DNA of 64,000 bases, taken from NCBI GenBank assembly GCA_004431415.1, contig QPMI01000553.1:1-64000 (forward strand), in the 5' to 3' direction. Source of the DNA: Cyanophora paradoxa CCMP329. Its lineage: Eukaryota; Plantae; Glaucophyta. A program made the translations under genes and the position numbers. Of this stretch, positions 59,826-64,000 are shown piece after piece (position 1 is the stretch's first letter; each line of letters opens with the position of its first letter). The notes beneath the pieces are model-generated. The model worked only from the letters and a program-made list of their open reading frames with translations. It was not told the origin of the DNA and did no database searches.

Positions 59826-60965
59826 CTACCTGCGGCCACTCTTCGTGGAGGAAGTAGCCACAGCTGCGGGATTCCCCTGCTGCAGCAGCAGCAGCTGCAG
59901 CTGCTGCTTGCGCTTGAGGTTCCAGAGCTTGACGGGGACGGCGGCGCCGGTGGTGACGAGGACGCGCTTGAGGCCGAGGGCCCGCGAGAGGCGCTGCAGG
60001 ACGAGGCCGACCGAGGTCGAGAAGCGGTCCAGTGCCACTGCGTCCGCCATCGCGAGCCGCCGCGAGGCGAGAAAGTCCTGCGAGACCTGCGGGGGCGGGC
60101 GGGCGGGCGGGCCGGGGCGACCCGTACTTAGGATCGGAGCGGGGCGGGGCCGTTGCGGGCCGGGCGCGCGCGCGCGCGGGCGCGCCTCTTTGGTGCGGAG
60201 GAGGCCGGAGGCGCGCGCGGCGGCCTCGCCCATCTCGGCGGCGGCCTCCGCCTGCACGTCGTACGCGGCGGATACCCACTCGCGCAGATCCTCGTCCGCC
60301 ACGGTGCACTCGGAGACCACTTCCGCCGGGGGCGGCGGCGGTGGCGAGGGCTTCGCCTCCTCCGGGTTCGAGGGGTCATCGAACACGGACGGGGCGAGGG
60401 CCCGCCGCGAGGGCGTCCGCGGCCCGCGCAGGCTCCCGTTGGTCTGGGGCTGGGACTGGGGCGCGCCGCCCCGCCGCTTCTTCGCGCCGACGTGCTCCCA
60501 TCCGTCCTCCTCGCGATCGCCCTCCCCGTCCAGTTCGGGCGCCGGTGCCGGCGCCGAGGGCGGCGGCTGCGGGGCCGCGTGGTGCTCCGCCGAGGCCGAG
60601 GCCGACGCCCGCGCGGGCGAGCTCGAGGTTGCCTGCTGCGCCGGCGCCTTCGGGATCGAATTCGCGGGCGGCGGGAGGGAGACGGCCGCGGGGCTCGCGT
60701 GCAGCGAGCGGAGCTGCCGCTCGAGCGCTGCGACCGCAAGGGACGAGTGAGCGGGAAGCTTCGTAAAAACGAGTCAGATCTGATCTGATCCGATCTGAGC
60801 GCACTGTGGATGCGCTCGTTGCGGACGTCGAGCTGCGGGGCGGGGCGGGGCGGGAAGGCGGGGGCGGGTTCGCACTGTCAGAGCGCGCTGGAGCTCGGCT
60901 CGTTCTGCGGGCGGGCGGGCGGGCAGGCTCGCCTGCTTGCGGAGCTCCGCCTCCGCAGCGCGCGC

Positions 60966-61003
<38 letters not shown>

Positions 61004-64000
61004 ACGAGGCGGAGGCGGAGGTCTTCTGCGAGGCCGCCTGCAGGTTCTTGACCTGGGTCTGCAGGCTCCCCAGCTGCATATAAAAAAGGCGTCAGCGCGA
61101 GGAAACGCCGGAAGGGAGCGCAAGGAAGGGAGCGGTGTGGCGGGAGGAGACGCCCAGCGGCGTCAACGCGAGGAGACGCGGAGATAAGGGTCGAGGCCCT
61201 ATGGGGGCGGCGGTCACTGAGGACGCGTAGCGCGAGGCGGGCTCCTGGGCGGAGCGGCGGCCTTCTATCTTTTGACCTCGAGGCGCGAAGCGCGAGGAGA
61301 CGCGGGGAGGAGGACGACGCCGCGGTCCCACCTGAGCGCGGGCGGCGTCGAGCCGGGACTTGGCCTCGCGCAGCTCGCGCTCCGCGCCCTCTCTCCTCCG
61401 CTTCTCCTCCTCGAAGCGAAGCTCCGTCCTCAGCGCCGCCGCCCGCGCCTCCCGCGCCTCCGCCGTCAGCTTCGCCGCGTGCGCCTCGGCGGTGCCCAGC
61501 TTCGCCCGCAGCTCCCTCAGCTTCGCATCCGCCGCGTCGCGCGCCGCCCGGTCCTCGTCCACCTTCGCCGACTCCGCGCGGGCCGCAATCGCCTCTCCTG
61601 CTCGCTTTGCTGCTGCTGCCTCGGCCGCCGCCAGCCGCTGCTTCAGCGCCTGCACCTCCGCCCGCAGCGCGAGCGCCTCCTCGCTCGACGCCGCCGCCAC
61701 CGCCGTAGGCGCTGCAGCTGCCGCCGCCGGCGCTGCCGGCGCCGCTGCTGCGGGCTCCGCCGGTGCGGCTGCGGCCGCGGATGCGGGGGCCGCCGCGGGG
61801 CCCTGCGCGAGGCGCGCCTCGGCGGCGAGGCGCGCGGCGCGCTCGGCCTCCAGCTCCGCCCGCAGGTCCTCCACCAGGTGCTCCAGGTTCGCCCGCCGCC
61901 GCGCCGCCGCCGCCGCCCGCTGGTAGCGGCCCCGCTCCTGCCGGCCCCGCACCACTGCGCCCGCTCCGCCGTCAGCGCCTGCGGACGAGGGGCCGCGCAG
62001 GCAGCTGCGGGCGCACCGGCCTGGATGGACGAGGCGGCCGCGTGCATCCGGCGGAAGGCCCGCCGCGCGAGCCAGCCGCGGACCATCCGCTGCACCTCCG
62101 TCGCCTTGTGCGCCCGCAGCATAACCCCGTACGCCCGCCGCGCCACGCGCCCGCGCAGCGCTGCCGCGCGCTCAGCGGCGGCGCCGGAAGCGAACGGGCC
62201 GGCGGGGCGGGGGCACACCGGTCTGGAGGGCGACGCAGGCGGAGCGGAAGCGGCGGAACTTGAGCGCCGCCAGGGCGCCGCGGGCGGCCGCCTGGATCGC
62301 GCGCGCCGCCTCCCGGGCGCGGAGGAAGCGGCTTCTCGCGAGGTACATGCGCGCGACGCGCTGGATGACGACGGCCAGCACGGACTGCTTCTCGTTCCTC
62401 CTCTGCTCCAGGTGCTCCAGCTGCAAAGCGGTGTGAGGCAGGGCCGAAAGGCGGCGGAACAGGGGCTCGAGCTCCGAGCGCTTACCACGCCCTGGCGGAA
62501 GAAGACCTTGCTGAGGCCGATCTGGTAGCGGTCCTTCTCGAGGGCGAGGCGCGACAGAAGCGTCGCACACGCCGCCTTGACCTCGCGTGCCGACTCCTCG
62601 TTGTCCAGGCTCGGGTCGTCAAGGTGCCCGTCGCCCATAGCGGCCAGAACGCGGAACCTGCGAGGCGTTCAGGGCCGGCCGGCCGGCAGCAGGATGAAGT
62701 GGGCGCGATGAGCGGCGGCACCGGTGGAGGAAGTCGACGTGGGGGAGGCGGTTCGGGAACGCGGCGCGGGAGACGCGGACGGCCTCGAGGACGCCGGAGT
62801 ACGCGAGCTGCGAGGCGACGAAGCGCTGCTCGAAGACCTCGGCCGTGTTCACGGTGTTCGGCTTGATGCAGCGGATGTAGTGGAGGGCGGTCGCGCCGAT
62901 GCGCTGCATGAGTGAGTTGAGCTGCTCCTTGAACTGCGAGCCGACCGTCATGTACAGGATCGACCGCTTCGTGTTGGCCACGTCCGTCGGGAACTCCGCC
63001 GCCGGGAACAGGCCCGCCACGAACTGCCACTGAAGCTGCTGCATCAGCTTGATCGTGTCCGGGTGCAGCGAGTCCTTGTTCTTCTCCAGGAAGCCCGCCG
63101 TCTCGTAGATCACCTGCCGCCCCGCGTCGGCCCCCGCCCTGGCCCCCCGCCCCCGCCCGCCCCGCGCACGTCGCCGGCGTAGTGCTTGACGGTGAACGCC
63201 GTGCTGCTCATCCGCGGCTTGTCGAAGTACCTGCGGCCGGCGCGTCGGCGTGCGGGCCCGTGCCCTACAGCGCGCGGCGCGCACCGGTTGCCCTGGTGCG
63301 TCTTCTGGACCTTGGCCGCGAAGGTGCGGTCCGACGCCTTCGGGAAGACGCACTCCTCGTCCAGCAGGCAGAAAACGCCCATCGGACGCTGCACGAGCGC
63401 GTCAGAGCGTCGAGGGAGGGCGGGGAAGGCGCCGCCAACCTTCTCGAGCATGTCCAGGCATTCCTGATTGTCCACGAACTCGATGAACTGCGCTCGGTTG
63501 TCAGGAAGAGGCCCACGCGAGATATACTTGGACCCCACGCACCGACCAGTCGATCTTCTCCCGCGTGTACTCCTCCTGCTCCGTCTTGAACACGTGCTGG
63601 TTGAACTGCTGCTGCAGCTTCTCCTGCGCCCCGCCGCCCCCAGGCCGCAGTCAACGGCGCGCCCGACCCCAACCCGCCTCGGGCCCCGGCGCACGTTCGC
63701 GAAGTTGATGCACAGCTGCTCGAAGCTGTTGACCTGTGGGCGAGGTGAGCTCGGCGGAACTCGAGCTCGCGAGGGGGGCGCCGGCGGACCTTGAACGACT
63801 CGAAGCCGAAGATGTCGAGGATGCCGATGAAGGCGACCGTCTTCTCGTCGTTCCGGATGCACTTGTTGATCCGCTGCACGAGCCACTCGAAGAGCCGCCC
63901 GTACAGCGCCTTCGCGAGCGCGTCGCGGGCCTCGACCGCCTGGTCCATCGTGTGCTCGATCGTGTACCACTCGCCGCCGGCGAAGATGCGGCGCGAGCAG
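59826..64000 (-). CDS. Myosin heavy chain, 3' part (motor C-half, IQ motifs, coiled coil, tail)
   Basis: [98 protein letters not shown], then coiled coil. Runs off the window. Confidence 0.96.

Noticed and set aside
23800-64000. Hundreds of long overlapping Arg/Pro/Ala/Gly-rich ORFs on both strands
   Set aside because: Expected from stop-codon scarcity in very GC-rich DNA; they are antisense or off-frame shadows of the spliced genes.
1-64000. tRNA, rRNA or other structured RNA genes
   Set aside because: None recognised by eye; a covariance-model search would be needed to exclude them.

Overview
Eukaryotic nuclear DNA in two sharply different parts. (1) Bases 1-7733 are AT-rich, CpG-poor, intron-free and all on the + strand. 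I read them as the right end of an endogenous DNA virus (Polinton-like/virophage-sized or a giant-virus fragment; no capsid, ATPase or polymerase is in the window, so the group cannot be named). They carry five fibre/spike-like genes, four of which share a private N-terminal module but have different C-terminal heads. Also present are a small phage-type fibre-associated gene, a DUF723-like zinc-finger gene and a prokaryotic-type S-adenosylmethionine decarboxylase. The element ends in about 850 bp of non-coding DNA that folds into four hairpins, the last ending exactly at the host junction. (2) Bases 7734-64000 are GC-rich, intron-dense host DNA. In order: a large kelch/FN3-like receptor-kinase locus (with a recent internal duplication and an exonic non-autonomous CACTA transposon), a hypothetical gene, an F-box/LRR gene, a VPV-repeat epiplastin/articulin-like gene, a SMYD methyltransferase, an NRT2 nitrate transporter, MYBBP1A/Pol5, a C1orf109-like gene, an RWP-RK factor, an F-box/Sel1 gene and the 3' part of a myosin. 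The gene set and intron style would fit a glaucophyte-like alga, but that is inference. Many single-base frameshifts look like long-read consensus errors, so exon boundaries and intact/pseudogene status are approximate. All family calls come from motif recognition by eye, not from database searches.
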